Shown: positions 9,410 to 19,015, counted from the first letter of the stretch. The stretch: DNA of 33,254 nt from an uncultured Candidatus Peribacteria bacterium (GCA_964502425.1 CAZCWV010000002.1:1-33254), one strand, 5' to 3'. The notes: a model not told the origin generated them from the sequence alone. Numbers and translations are program-made.

Positions 9410-10591
9410 ATGAACTTGGAAGGAAAACTCCTGGATCAGGCCATCGATCCTTTCCGCCGTCTCACGGAGCGCGCGGTGCGCTCGTATGACCAGTATCTGA
9501 GGCAAGATTGGACGGAGAACCGCGAGACTTTCCGTGATTCCTGGAACGCGCATTACCGATGGATGGACGACGCACTTGCCTGCGCCATTCTCGATGTGGG
9601 TGAAGAACAGAATTTGAAGAGGAGGGAGATGAACTTGGCTCTCGTGGGACCGGGTTTCCACCCCGTTGGTAACGAGATCAGCGAAAACACGGCAAAGCAA
9701 CTGCTCGCGCACTTGCGTTCCATTGTCGTCATCGATTTTTCCCAAGCCGTGGTGGTGTCTGCCATGCGAAACCTGATGGAGGCGGGCGTGCCGTCCGAAA
9801 AGCTCTTTGGAATGCAGTACGATATTACCAATTGCATGAGCACGGTCTATGGTGTCTACATTGAGAAGCTCATGAGGGAAGTCGCTACGGAGGAGCAATT
9901 CAGCGCAATGGTGGCGAAGCTTGGTGAGACGGATATTGAATGGCTCAAGAAACAACTGGTGACGTTCCTTGGGGAAATGGGCGATCAAGGACAAGTTGCC
10001 CTTCCTGAGATGCTGCTTGCGGGTGGCCAGAATGAGACGCGTACGTTGCGATTGACCGTCCAGGATGAGCCGTTACCCATCCATCTTGCATCCTATCAGA
10101 TGGTTGTGGCAGGGACGGGAGCGGCGGCGGAAGCGGATCTATGGGAGAGGTTTGGGGAAGTGACCAGCGATTCTGAGCGCGTGGCGAACCAGTCCGGCCA
10201 GCAGACGGAGACGGGACGCTGGAAAATGTACAGGCAGATCCATAATTTTATCGCCCAATATAATACTGCGATGGCAGCCCTCACAGTGACCAAGATGATC
10301 GAAGACAATCGCTATCCTAATTCTGATGCGGTGGTCAAACTTCTCACCGATGTCTCAACGGTGTACGAGCAGCCTTCGTTCAGTGAAATGGATCGTTTGC
10401 ACTTGCATCGGTTCGATAGATGTCTGGAAGAACGAGGTATTCGTGTGGATATGCGGCCAGGCGATAAGTGGAAGGACCAACCGGAACATTCTCATCTGGT
10501 CTACGATATCTTGTGCAGACGTTTGCCACAGGAGGAGCATGCAGCTCAGCAGAAAGAGATCGCTGCACAGGATGAATTATCCCATGATTAA
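9410..10591 (+). CDS. Hypothetical 393-aa protein; weak class I methyltransferase-like (Rossmann) motifs
   Basis: Long ORF following the RSH gene on the same strand. LALVGPGFHP (GxG-like), IVVIDFS (acidic end of beta2) and MQYDIT give a weak resemblance to SAM-MTase motifs I-III. The function is not established. Confidence 0.65.
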   Translation: MNLEGKLLDQAIDPFRRLTERAVRSYDQYLRQDWTENRETFRDSWNAHYRWMDDALACAILDVGEEQNLKRREMNLALVGPGFHPVGNEISENTAKQLLAHLRSIVVIDFSQAVVVSAMRNLMEAGVPSEKLFGMQYDITNCMSTVYGVYIEKLMREVATEEQFSAMVAKLGETDIEWLKKQLVTFLGEMGDQGQVALPEMLLAGGQNETRTLRLTVQDEPLPIHLASYQMVVAGTGAAAEADLWERFGEVTSDSERVANQSGQQTETGRWKMYRQIHNFIAQYNTAMAALTVTKMIEDNRYPNSDAVVKLLTDVSTVYEQPSFSEMDRLHLHRFDRCLEERGIRVDMRPGDKWKDQPEHSHLVYDILCRRLPQEEHAAQQKEIAAQDELSHD

Positions 10592-10675
10592 CACATTCAT
10601 TCTTTACGCATGAGGAGTGCTGTCTGGAGGAGGCGACAGTAGTTTTCGGATGATTCTCCTTTCTGACTGTAGGGG

Positions 10676-11155
10676 TCATTGAAAGATTTTCAGGGCGTAG
10701 TGCTTCACGTTTGCGAAAATCTCCGTCCCCTCATCCATCCCCGCAATTTCCTCCCGTGTGAACCAGCGCAGGTCCGTCCCTTCTTCCTCCTGCAGCGAGA
10801 GTGCCTGATTCTCATTCACGGGCCGTGCGAGGTAGACAAAGTCCATGTGCTGATGGGCGGGTTCGTTCCTCTCCGTGCTCGCGGGGATGTTTTCGAGGAG
10901 GAGGACAAGGGGTTTCTTCAGAATCCGGCCCTCCGCGGGATTTCCCGCGAACATGTCTTCCTGCAGTTCGCCGACGATCTCCACGTCGAGCCCCGTCTCC
11001 TCCCTGCACTCGCGACGCGCGGTCTCCTCCGGCAGCTCATCCGGATCCACGTGGCCTCCCGGCGGCATCCACCGCCCCAGACGCTTGTGCCAGAGGAGGA
11101 GCGTCCTGTTCCGGGAGTCCACGATGAACGCGGTGGCCGTGAAGTGTCGGTGCAT
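10676..11155 (-). CDS. Nudix hydrolase
   Basis: Nudix box GGHVDPDELPEETARRECREETGL (GX5EX7REUXEEXGU). Confidence 0.9.
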   Translation of the reverse strand: MHRHFTATAFIVDSRNRTLLLWHKRLGRWMPPGGHVDPDELPEETARRECREETGLDVEIVGELQEDMFAGNPAEGRILKKPLVLLLENIPASTERNEPAHQHMDFVYLARPVNENQALSLQEEEGTDLRWFTREEIAGMDEGTEIFANVKHYALKIFQ

Positions 11156-11326
11156 GGAGAGGAAGGGATGGAGGGTTGGACGAGCGTCCGGACAAGTATA
11201 TCCTTTGGTTCGTCGGTTTCCTCCCTGAACCAGTCGCAGAGTTTACCCCGAGAAGACACGAGGGGCTCCGGTTCAGGGCAAGCGGTTTCCTCGGATTCTT
11301 CGGATCTCTCGGTTCCCTCTTCGTCC

Positions 11327-11911
11327 ATGGTCCTCATCCAATCCAACTCCACCATCCTCAAGATCGGCGATCTCCTCCCGTCGTTCGTTCTCCTCGCCAC
11401 GGACGCCTCCACGGTCCGGTCCGCGGACATCATGGCCCCCGTCCTCGTGGTCATCTTCACCTGCAACCACTGCCCCTACGCGCAGGCGTTCGAGGATCGG
11501 ATTATCGCGCTGGGGCAGGAGATGCAACCCAAGGGAGCGGCATTCGTCCTCATCAGCAGCAACGATCCCGCGGGGTACCCCGAAGATTCGTTCGAGAACA
11601 TGCACAACCGCGCCAAGGAGAAGGGGTTCCCGTTCCCGTACTGTTACGACAAGGAGCAGGACGTCGCGCAGGCGTTCGGCGCCCTCTGTACCCCGCACTG
11701 CTTCGTCTTCGACGCCGACCGTCACTTGCGATACAAAGGAAGAGTGGATGACAACTGGGAGAAGCCGGAGAAGGCGAAGAAGCACGAGCTCCGCGACGCC
11801 ATCGACGCGCTCCTCAAGGGGAAAGCCCCCGCAGTCAAGGAGGCGAATGCGATCGGATGTTCGATCAAGTGGAAGAAGGGGAACGAACCGAAGACAGTGG
11901 TCAGTGGGTAG
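11327..11911 (+). CDS. Thioredoxin-fold (redoxin-like) protein with CNHC active site
   Basis: VVIFTCNHCPYAQAF, SSNDPAGYPEDSFENM, FPFPYCYD, LCTPHCFVFD. The ORF-track N-terminal 216 aa is antisense to the Nudix gene, so I set the start at MVLIQSN (ATG 11327). An alternative ATG lies at 11168. Confidence 0.8.
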   Translation: MVLIQSNSTILKIGDLLPSFVLLATDASTVRSADIMAPVLVVIFTCNHCPYAQAFEDRIIALGQEMQPKGAAFVLISSNDPAGYPEDSFENMHNRAKEKGFPFPYCYDKEQDVAQAFGALCTPHCFVFDADRHLRYKGRVDDNWEKPEKAKKHELRDAIDALLKGKAPAVKEANAIGCSIKWKKGNEPKTVVSG

Positions 11912-11984
11912 TGATCACCCTCCTACGCCAAGGCTTCGGGGGGCAGGGCGGTCAGTGGTCAGCGGTCAGTGAGCAGTAGTCGGT
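11895..11984. repeat. Two direct arrays of the heptamer CAGTGGT/GGTCAGY separated by about 34 nt
   Basis: cagtggt cagtggg tagtgat (11895-11915, spanning the TAG stop at 11909-11911) and ggtcagt ggtcagc ggtcagt gagcagt (11950-11977, degenerating to 11984). Confidence 0.85.
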
Positions 11985-12042
11985 GTTTCTGTCTGGAACA
12001 CGGTGTCCAACACCGATTCTCATCTAGGGTACAATTGCGCCT

Positions 12043-12531
12043 GTGGCGTTCACCATTCGCGAGTATCGGGACGAGGACCGCAGTGCGCTCGAAGCGCTGA
12101 TGGAAGAGCTGCAGGGGCATTTGGTCCAAATCGATCCCCTCAAGCGCCAGCGCCGCGTGCCGGAGTACGGCCGGAAGTACGTGGATGATTTGTTCAAAAA
12201 AATTCAGAACGGCGATGGAAAGATATGCATTGCGGAAGACCAAGGGGCCGTCGTCGGTTGCAGTGCATGCGTCATCATCACGTTGAGAGAAGAGGATCTC
12301 TTGAGCGTGCAACCGCTCTCCGAGGGGAGGATCCTGGAGTTGGTTGTTCTTCCCCATGCGCGTGGCAAGGGCATTGGCACCGCCCTCATGCATGCTGCAG
12401 AAGAGTATTTGAGGAGTAAAGGGTGCAGCGCTGCCCGGATACAAGCCTTTGCTCCGAATAAGAATGCCCGCAGTCTCTACGAAAAACTCGGATACACGGA
12501 GAGAGTGGTGGATTTGGTGAAGGCGTGGTGA
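12043..12531 (+). CDS. GNAT family N-acetyltransferase
   Basis: VVLPHARGKGIGTALMHAAEEYLRSKG (acetyl-CoA-binding Q/RxxGxG/A motif) and NARSLYEKLGY. GTG start at 12043 lies 7 nt after a TACAAT (12030-12035), so the mRNA may be leaderless. Confidence 0.85.
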   Translation: MAFTIREYRDEDRSALEALMEELQGHLVQIDPLKRQRRVPEYGRKYVDDLFKKIQNGDGKICIAEDQGAVVGCSACVIITLREEDLLSVQPLSEGRILELVVLPHARGKGIGTALMHAAEEYLRSKGCSAARIQAFAPNKNARSLYEKLGYTERVVDLVKAW

Positions 12532-12534
12532 TGT

Positions 12535-13023
12535 TCACCGCGACTGCTCCTGGGATCCTTCAGCGGGCGGACGGAATGTTTCCAGCAACGATCGGGCTTG
12601 CTCTCTCACGCGAGCGGGTAGTTGCTCATAGAGCCCAACCAAACGTTCCATTGCTGATCGGTCGGAAGAATCTGGTGAGCCCTCGGTGCATGTATGGAGT
12701 GCATCCAGCGATCCTCGGGCTTCCGCCATGCGCTCCCGGAGAATTTCCACTTGCCGCTGCCGTGATATCGGTTGTTGTTTCTCTGCCTGAATCGCTCCGG
12801 GCATGTTGCAGGCTGATTCTGCTAATCCCATCCCCAAGCGCGTACCGTTCCGCACTTCTTCAGCCAATTGCGCCACCGTAAATCCCCTTGCTCCCACATA
12901 CATAAAGGGTTTCTCCGGATTTGGCAGATCTCTCCCCCATTCCTCCATCGAACGAGCCATGTCTGCCAGTTGGGAAGCGGCATAAGAACGTTCGCCGGGG
13001 ATGATGAGTTTTTCGTGGCTCAA
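12535..13023 (-). CDS. Hypothetical 162-aa protein
   Basis: ORF downstream of the metallophosphoesterase gene on the same strand. The track start is TTG, with an alternative ATG at 12960. No recognisable motifs. Confidence 0.5.
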   Translation of the reverse strand: MSHEKLIIPGERSYAASQLADMARSMEEWGRDLPNPEKPFMYVGARGFTVAQLAEEVRNGTRLGMGLAESACNMPGAIQAEKQQPISRQRQVEILRERMAEARGSLDALHTCTEGSPDSSDRSAMERLVGLYEQLPARVREQARSLLETFRPPAEGSQEQSR

Positions 13024-13056
13024 AGGTTTTGGAGTGTATCATGTTCCGTTCAAGCG

Positions 13057-14025
13057 TCAACGCGGCGTCGTCTTCAGCAGCAGGATCTCCGGCGGCGCAA
13101 ACAGCCGGGCGCGGGCCTGTGTTTCGCCGATGCCGCGCGTGACGGCGAGGGTTCCACCTCCCTCAAGGGGGAAGGCGCCCTGGCTGTACTGCTTCCCGAT
13201 GCGCAGGGGAATGGGCGCGAGCGGGCCGATCCACGGCAGGCGGAATTGTCCGCCGTGCGTGTGTCCGGAGACGATGAGGTCCGCCTGCCTCGATTCCTCC
13301 TGCAGGATGATGTCGGGGTTGTGGGAGAGAAGGATGACGGCGTGGTCCTCCGGGATCAGGTCCAGCGCTTTCGTCAGGTCCACGTTCTCCGCCCACAGGT
13401 CGCCCGTGCCTGCCACCGCCACGGCGCCGCGGGATGTCCGGTAGAGGATATTTTCGTTGCGCAGCACCGTTACGCCCATGCCTTGCAGGTACTCCCGCAG
13501 CTCGACCGACCGGTCCGCCATCTCGTAGCGCCTGCCGAGCGGCGTGCGCATCCGGCCCATGTCGTGGTTGCCGAAGACGGCGACCGTGCCCAGGGACGGG
13601 GTGAGGCCGCCCAGGGGTTTAAGGTCCCTGAAGGCGGAATCCTTGTCGAAGAGGAAGTCGCCCGCGTAGAGCACCAGGTCCGGACGCAGCGCGTTCACGC
13701 GGTCAACGACGCGCTGGAGGAACGCCGCGCCCTTGTACGGGCCCGCGTGCAGGTCCGAGATCACGGCGATGGTGAGTTGCTCGGGGTAGGGGAGCGGTAC
13801 CCGGCGTTCGGTCACCGTGATCAACCGCGGTTCGAGGAAGGAGCCGTAGAGCACCGTCATGGCAACGGCGAAACAGAGCAGGCTGAGGGCGTGGAGCGCC
13901 GTCCGCGTTTTCCACCCCTCGGCCTTACGCAGCGCGACCGCCGCGATGATGAGGATGCAGAACGGCCCCGCGATGAGCAGGAGGATGGCGAGGTCCCAGG
14001 GGAACGTACTTGGTGTGAGGAACAT
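13057..14025 (-). CDS. Membrane-anchored calcineurin-like metallophosphoesterase (YaeI-like)
   Basis: N-terminal TM segments followed by the motifs ISDLHAG, AGDF, GNHD, SHNPD and GHTHGGQ. Confidence 0.9.
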   Translation of the reverse strand: MFLTPSTFPWDLAILLLIAGPFCILIIAAVALRKAEGWKTRTALHALSLLCFAVAMTVLYGSFLEPRLITVTERRVPLPYPEQLTIAVISDLHAGPYKGAAFLQRVVDRVNALRPDLVLYAGDFLFDKDSAFRDLKPLGGLTPSLGTVAVFGNHDMGRMRTPLGRRYEMADRSVELREYLQGMGVTVLRNENILYRTSRGAVAVAGTGDLWAENVDLTKALDLIPEDHAVILLSHNPDIILQEESRQADLIVSGHTHGGQFRLPWIGPLAPIPLRIGKQYSQGAFPLEGGGTLAVTRGIGETQARARLFAPPEILLLKTTPR

Positions 14026-14057
14026 TGGCGTGATTATGCAGGGAGGAGAGCGATGAA

Positions 14058-14136
14058 GGAATGCAAAAATGGGAAATTGAAAATGGAAAATTTGGAACGT
14101 GGGGGGATACCTGCGTTCATTTTCAATTTTCCATTC
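14058..14136 (-). terminator. AT-rich imperfect hairpin built from GAAAATTG-like repeats; probable uvrA terminator
   Basis: On the minus strand, ggaaaattgaaaatg pairs with cattttcaatttcc and is followed by CATTTTTGC. The repeat array continues into the last uvrA codons (RKIEN*). Confidence 0.5.
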
Positions 14137-17100
14137 TCAATTTTCAATTTTCCTAGAATGAAGCACCTTCTTCAGATACTCACCGGTGTAGCTGCCCGGG
14201 GCCTTCGCCACCTCCTCCGGCGTGCCCTTGGCCACGATGCGCCCGCCGCCCGATCCGCCGTCCGGCCCCAAATCCACGATGTAGTCCACGCTCTTGAGGA
14301 TGTCCAGGTTATGCTCGATCACGAGGACGGTGTTCCCCTTGTCCACCAGGCGCTGGAGCACTTCGAGCAGGCGTTGGATGTCGTCGAAGTGCAGACCCGT
14401 CGTCGGCTCATCGAGGATGTAGAAGGTCCGTCCCGTGGCGCGCTTCGTCAGTTCCGTCGCCAGCTTGACGCGCTGCGCTTCGCCTCCCGAGAGGGTGGTG
14501 GCGCTCTGGCCCAGGTGGATGTAGCCGAGGCCCACGTCCTCCAGCGTCTGCAGCTTGTTCTTGATGGAGGGGATGGCGCCGAAGAACAGGAGTGATTCGC
14601 TGATCGTCATGTCCAGAACTTCCGCGATGTTCTTCCCCTTGTACGTCACTTCCAGCGTCTCGCGGTTGTAGCGCTTGCCGTGGCAACACTCGCACGTGAC
14701 GAAGACATCCGGGAGGAAGTGCATCTCGATGCGCTTGAGCCCGTCGCCCTCGCACTCCTCGCAGCGCCCGCCCTTGACGTTGAAGCTGAAGCGGCCGGCC
14801 TTGTACCCGCGCAGCTTGGCTTCCGGGGTGGTGGCGAAGATGTCGCGTACGTCGGTGAAGACGCCGGTGTAGGTGGCGGGGTTGCTGCGCGGCGTGCGGC
14901 CGATGGGGGATTGGTCAATGACGATGGCCTTGTCCAAATGCTCCAGGCCCTCGATGGCTTCCACGTCCTGCGGCCTGGCATGCGCCTTGTTGAGGATGTG
15001 GAGGAGTTCCGGTGCCAGGATGCCATGGATGAGGCTCGATTTTCCAGAGCCGGACACGCCGGAAATCCCGATGAACGCCCCCAGTGGGAACTCCACCGTG
15101 AGGTCCTGAAGGTTGTGGTGGCGCGCGCCACGGATGCGGACGGCATGGCCGTTGCCGCCGCGGCGCTCCGCGGGGATGGCGATGGCTTTCTTCCCGCCAA
15201 GGTACTGTCCCGTGACGGACCGCGGATTCTCGATGACTTCCGCGGGCGTTCCGGTGGCGATGATCTCGCCGCCGTACTTCCCCGCGCCCGGTCCGATCTC
15301 CAGCAGGTAGTCCGCGGAGGCTATGGTTTCCTCGTCGTGCTCCACCACGATGACAGTGTTCCCCAAGTCCCGGAGCTTCTTGAGGGTCTCGATGAGCCGC
15401 GCGTTGTCGCGCTGATGTAGGCCGATGGAAGGTTCGTCGAGGACGTAGAGGACGCCCTGGAGCGCCGAGCCGATCTGCGTCGCCAGGCGAATGCGTTGAG
15501 CCTCGCCGCCGCTGAGCGTGTTGGCGGAGCGCGAGAGCGTGAGGTACTTGAGCCCCACATTCTCGAGGAAGGAGAGGCGGGCGATGATCTCGTGGAGAAC
15601 CTTTTTGACGATGGCGTATTCGTAGGCCGTAAGGGTAGGGACGCCATGGCATGGCGTCCCTGTCGACGCAGACGCGCCATCGGCCGGTATGAGGTCCCGG
15701 AAGAAACTCTCGGCGCTCTCCACATCCATATCCGTCCCATCCACGATGTTCTTCCCCCCCACGGTCACGCCGAGAATTTCCTTCTTCAGGCGCTTGCCCC
15801 CGCACGACAGGCAGGGGAGTTCCAGCATGTACTCCTCGATCTGCATGCGGATGTAGCTGCTATCCGTCTCGGAGTGGCGGCGCTGGAGGTTGGGGAGCAC
15901 ACCTTCGTATGCCGTCTGGTACGTGCCGCCGAACTTGGCCGTATTGAAACTGATTTGCAGTTTTTCATCGTATCCCTGCAGGATGATGGCGCGGTGCTCG
16001 GGCGGGAGCTGCTCCCACGGCGTGTCCATGCTGAAGCCCACTTTCTCCGCGAGCGCTTCCAGGAGCTGTCCCGTGAAGCCGCTGCGGCTGGCGGAAGTGG
16101 CCCACGGATGGATAGCGCCCTCGGCGAGCGAGAGGCGGGGGTTGGGGATCACGGCGTGCTCGTCCACTTGAAGGATGGATCCCAACCCGTGGCATTGTTC
16201 ACATGCGCCGTGCGGCGAGTTGAAGGAGAAGCTGCGTGGCTCGATGTCCGGAACCGACGCTTCGGGGTGCTCGGGGCAGACGAAAGACTCCGAGAAGCGC
16301 GTCTCCGCGCCGCTGTCCGCGTCCAGCGCGATGAGTGATCCTTCGCCTTTCTTCAGCGCCAGTTCCACGGAGTCCGAGAGGCGCGTGCGGTTGGGATTGA
16401 TCGCTGCTCCCTCCTTCATATCCAAATCACGGACCACGAACCGGTCCACCACGATATGGATCGTATGCGCCTTCTTGGGGTCCAGCTTGATGTCCTCATC
16501 CACGGTCACGATCTGTCCGTCGATGCGCATGCGCACGAAGCCTTCGCGGCGGATGGCGTCCAGCACCTTCACGTGCTCGCCCTTCCGTCCTTCCACGATG
16601 GGTGCGAGGAGGAACACCTTTTTTCCCTCCGGCATGCGCGCGATGGTCTCCACGATCTGGCTTGCGGATTGCTTGCTGAGCTCCCGTCCGCACGTGGTGC
16701 AGTGCACCTTGCCCGTCTTCGCCCACAGCAGGCGCATGTAGTCATAGATTTCCGTCACGGTTCCCACCGTGGAGCGGGGGTTGCGCGGCGCGGTCTTCTG
16801 GTCAATGGAGATCGCGGGGCTCAACCCCTCGATGCTCTCCACTTCCGGCTTCTCCATCTGCGCGATGAACTGCCGCGCGTACGCCGAGAGGCTCTCCACG
16901 TACCGCCGCTGCCCCTCCGCGAAAATCGTGTCGAACGCCAGGGAGGATTTTCCCGATCCGGAGAGTCCCGTGATCACCGTCAGCTTGTTCCGGGGGATGG
17001 AGACGTTGATGTTCTTCAAGTTATGCATCTTGGCTCCCCGGATGACGATGGCGTCTTTCAGCGGAGCCTGCGGGGCGATGGATTGTTCCTTTGCCGGCGT

Positions 17101-17139
17101 CGTTCCATGCGCATCGGTCTTGTGGTCTTTCTTGGTCAT
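14137..17139 (-). CDS. uvrA: Excinuclease ABC subunit A
   Basis: [34 protein letters not shown], two ABC signatures LSGGEAQR, and Zn-finger Cys pairs. Start set at MTKKDHKT (ATG 17137-17139), which is preceded by a CT-rich tract. Confidence 0.95.
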   Translation of the reverse strand: MTKKDHKTDAHGTTPAKEQSIAPQAPLKDAIVIRGAKMHNLKNINVSIPRNKLTVITGLSGSGKSSLAFDTIFAEGQRRYVESLSAYARQFIAQMEKPEVESIEGLSPAISIDQKTAPRNPRSTVGTVTEIYDYMRLLWAKTGKVHCTTCGRELSKQSASQIVETIARMPEGKKVFLLAPIVEGRKGEHVKVLDAIRREGFVRMRIDGQIVTVDEDIKLDPKKAHTIHIVVDRFVVRDLDMKEGAAINPNRTRLSDSVELALKKGEGSLIALDADSGAETRFSESFVCPEHPEASVPDIEPRSFSFNSPHGACEQCHGLGSILQVDEHAVIPNPRLSLAEGAIHPWATSASRSGFTGQLLEALAEKVGFSMDTPWEQLPPEHRAIILQGYDEKLQISFNTAKFGGTYQTAYEGVLPNLQRRHSETDSSYIRMQIEEYMLELPCLSCGGKRLKKEILGVTVGGKNIVDGTDMDVESAESFFRDLIPADGASASTGTPCHGVPTLTAYEYAIVKKVLHEIIARLSFLENVGLKYLTLSRSANTLSGGEAQRIRLATQIGSALQGVLYVLDEPSIGLHQRDNARLIETLKKLRDLGNTVIVVEHDEETIASADYLLEIGPGAGKYGGEIIATGTPAEVIENPRSVTGQYLGGKKAIAIPAERRGGNGHAVRIRGARHHNLQDLTVEFPLGAFIGISGVSGSGKSSLIHGILAPELLHILNKAHARPQDVEAIEGLEHLDKAIVIDQSPIGRTPRSNPATYTGVFTDVRDIFATTPEAKLRGYKAGRFSFNVKGGRCEECEGDGLKRIEMHFLPDVFVTCECCHGKRYNRETLEVTYKGKNIAEVLDMTISESLLFFGAIPSIKNKLQTLEDVGLGYIHLGQSATTLSGGEAQRVKLATELTKRATGRTFYILDEPTTGLHFDDIQRLLEVLQRLVDKGNTVLVIEHNLDILKSVDYIVDLGPDGGSGGGRIVAKGTPEEVAKAPGSYTGEYLKKVLHSRKIEN

Positions 17140-17286
17140 AAGAGGGTGGATGCCGGAAGGCTGAAGAACAAAAAAATAGCCCCGCGGCGCGCGAGGGCTG
17201 AGCCTCGAGCTTATCATAAAAAATGCGCCATGTCTAGGGTTTAGGGGCTTCAGTGTGGGAAAAACCCGCATCGTATCGGCGAGTGT

Positions 17287-17314
17287 TTGACAAACAAAAA
17301 AAGACGGTTATTGT
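17287..17314 (+). promoter_or_regulatory. Sigma70-like promoter TTGACA-16 nt-TATTGT upstream of the dksA-like gene
   Basis: ttgaca at 17287-17292 and tattgt at 17309-17314. The ORF-track TTG start at 17287 coincides with the -35 box, so it is unlikely to be the real start. Confidence 0.45.
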
Positions 17315-17340
17315 TTCAATACATTCCTTCCCCCAATTCC

Positions 17341-17793
17341 ATGGTTCACAGGAAAAACGGTGCTGAGAGATTCCCTGTATCACAGACCATGGAGCGTCTG
17401 AACAGGGTAAAGAAGCAGATTGAACGCGATTCGTACACGTCAGACTTTGCTGTGGATGCCCATGGTGATGCATTTGACCTTGCGACGAGCGAGATTGCGG
17501 CAGAGATGGTCATTGGGACGGCGGAAGCCGCTTCGGAACAGCTTGCACGCATCAATGCGGCAATAGAACGTTGTCGCGCGGGGGTATATGGGGTTTGTGA
17601 AATGTGCGAGGGGAATATTCCTAAAGCAAGGTTAGATGCCCTGCCTTTTGCCACACGATGCGTGAAATGCCAGAGAGATGTGGAACGTGCTTCTGACATT
17701 GAAGAGCACAACGAACGTCCGATTAAGAACCACATGTTCGTATCAGTGGAAGAAGATCTTCCGGTTACGGATGAGCCGCAACAAGTCTGGTGA
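17341..17793 (+). CDS. dksA: DksA/TraR family C4 zinc-finger transcription factor
   Basis: CEMCEGNIPKARLDALPFATRCVKC (CxxC-x17-CxxC) and a coiled-coil tip motif DAFDLA (DxxDxA). Start chosen at ATG 17341 (preceded by ccttcccccaattcc), with an alternative ATG at 17389. Confidence 0.85.
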   Translation: MVHRKNGAERFPVSQTMERLNRVKKQIERDSYTSDFAVDAHGDAFDLATSEIAAEMVIGTAEAASEQLARINAAIERCRAGVYGVCEMCEGNIPKARLDALPFATRCVKCQRDVERASDIEEHNERPIKNHMFVSVEEDLPVTDEPQQVW

Positions 17794-17805
17794 TACCATG
17801 AGGCA

Positions 17806-18498
17806 GTGTTTACCGGCATCATCGAAGCAACGGCGGAAATAGTAAGGAATGACCATGGGAAGCTGACGATGCAGCGTCCCGCAAGCTTTGATGACCTTAA
17901 GCGCGGATCGAGCGTCTGCGTGTCCGGCGCGTGCTTGACGGTCACCACGCTCACGGAGAAGGAGATGGCGTTCGACGTGGTGCCCGAGACGCTCCGGAAG
18001 ACGTCACTGGGGGAAAAGAAGATTGGTGACCGTTTGAACCTCGAGCGCGCCCTCCCTGCTTCCGGCCGGTTCGACGGGCATATCGTTCAAGGGCATGTCG
18101 AAGGGGTTGGTGTTGTTGTTTCTCCCTCTCTCCTCACCTCTCCCCCGGGGGGGGAGAGGGATGTGTGTGTTTCTGTTGTTCCACAAGACAACCACAAAAC
18201 AAAAACATGCCCTTCCCCCATCGGGGGAAGGGTTAGGGAAGAGGGAAGACAAGCGAGCGTACTCATCATTCGTCCCTCTCGGGATCTTCTTCCATCCATC
18301 GTCTCCAAGGGTTCCATCACGCTCGATGGCGTATCGTTGACGGTGGTGGATACGACGAAGGATTCCTTCTCCGTCGCCCTCATTCCGACCACGTTGCGGG
18401 AGACGACCCTCGGACTTCTAGCAAAAGGCGACCGTGTGAACGTGGAAACGGATATACTGGGACGCTACGTTCGCCAATTCTCTTCCTCCCGACTATGA
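17806..18498 (+). CDS. ribE: Riboflavin synthase alpha chain, with a roughly 40-aa in-frame insertion
   Basis: MFTGIIE, GSSVCVSGACLTV, GHIVQGHVEGVG, KGSITLDGVSLTV. GTG start 12 nt after the dksA stop. The ATGA overlap with ribH joins the two genes. Confidence 0.9.
   Translation: MFTGIIEATAEIVRNDHGKLTMQRPASFDDLKRGSSVCVSGACLTVTTLTEKEMAFDVVPETLRKTSLGEKKIGDRLNLERALPASGRFDGHIVQGHVEGVGVVVSPSLLTSPPGGERDVCVSVVPQDNHKTKTCPSPIGGRVREEGRQASVLIIRPSRDLLPSIVSKGSITLDGVSLTVVDTTKDSFSVALIPTTLRETTLGLLAKGDRVNVETDILGRYVRQFSSSRL
18115..18255. mobile_element. Palindromic MITE/RPE-like element inserted in frame in ribE
   Basis: Two perfect 10-bp hairpins with 3-nt loops (cctctccccc/gggggagagg at 18137-18159; cccttccccc/gggggaaggg at 18210-18232). 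A GT/CA low-complexity core lies between them. The flanks are mutually complementary (ttgtttctccctctctcc versus ggaagagggaagacaa). Confidence 0.6.
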
Positions 18499-18956
18499 AA
18501 CAAGAAACAGTTCCCTTCGCCGGCCCCATCAACCATGCGTGGCGCATCGGCATCGTCCACTCGTCTTACTATAAGGAGGAGACCGACCGGCTGGTGGCGG
18601 GGGCCGTGCGTCTTCTCCGGGAGAGCGGCATCAATGCCTCAAACATCGTCACCATTGCTGCCCCCGGTTCCTTCGAGATTCCGCTCCTGGGAGCGGAGCT
18701 TGCGCGCACCAAGCAGGTGGATGCGCTCATCGGGATTGGGATCATCGTGGAGGGCGAGACGCATCACGCGCGCCTCATCGCCGAAGCGGTAACGCAAGGC
18801 ATGATGGACGTGCAGGTGCGCTACGGCGTCCCCTTTGCTTTCGAAGTCCTGTACGTGGACAACCTCGCCCTCGCCCGCGCGCGCCTGGACAGGGGAGAAG
18901 AAGCCGCGCGTGCTGTTCTACAATCCCTTGCGCATTTGAGACAGATACAGTCTTGA
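18495..18956 (+). CDS. ribH: 6,7-dimethyl-8-ribityllumazine synthase
   Basis: RIGIVHSSYY, APGSFEIPL, ALIGIGIIVEGETHH, VPFAFEVL. Confidence 0.9.
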   Translation: MKQETVPFAGPINHAWRIGIVHSSYYKEETDRLVAGAVRLLRESGINASNIVTIAAPGSFEIPLLGAELARTKQVDALIGIGIIVEGETHHARLIAEAVTQGMMDVQVRYGVPFAFEVLYVDNLALARARLDRGEEAARAVLQSLAHLRQIQS

Positions 18957-19015
18957 GTCATTGAACAAACTTCGTGTTCAGCATACATTCAGAGGGTAAT
19001 CTCCCCCCTGTACCC

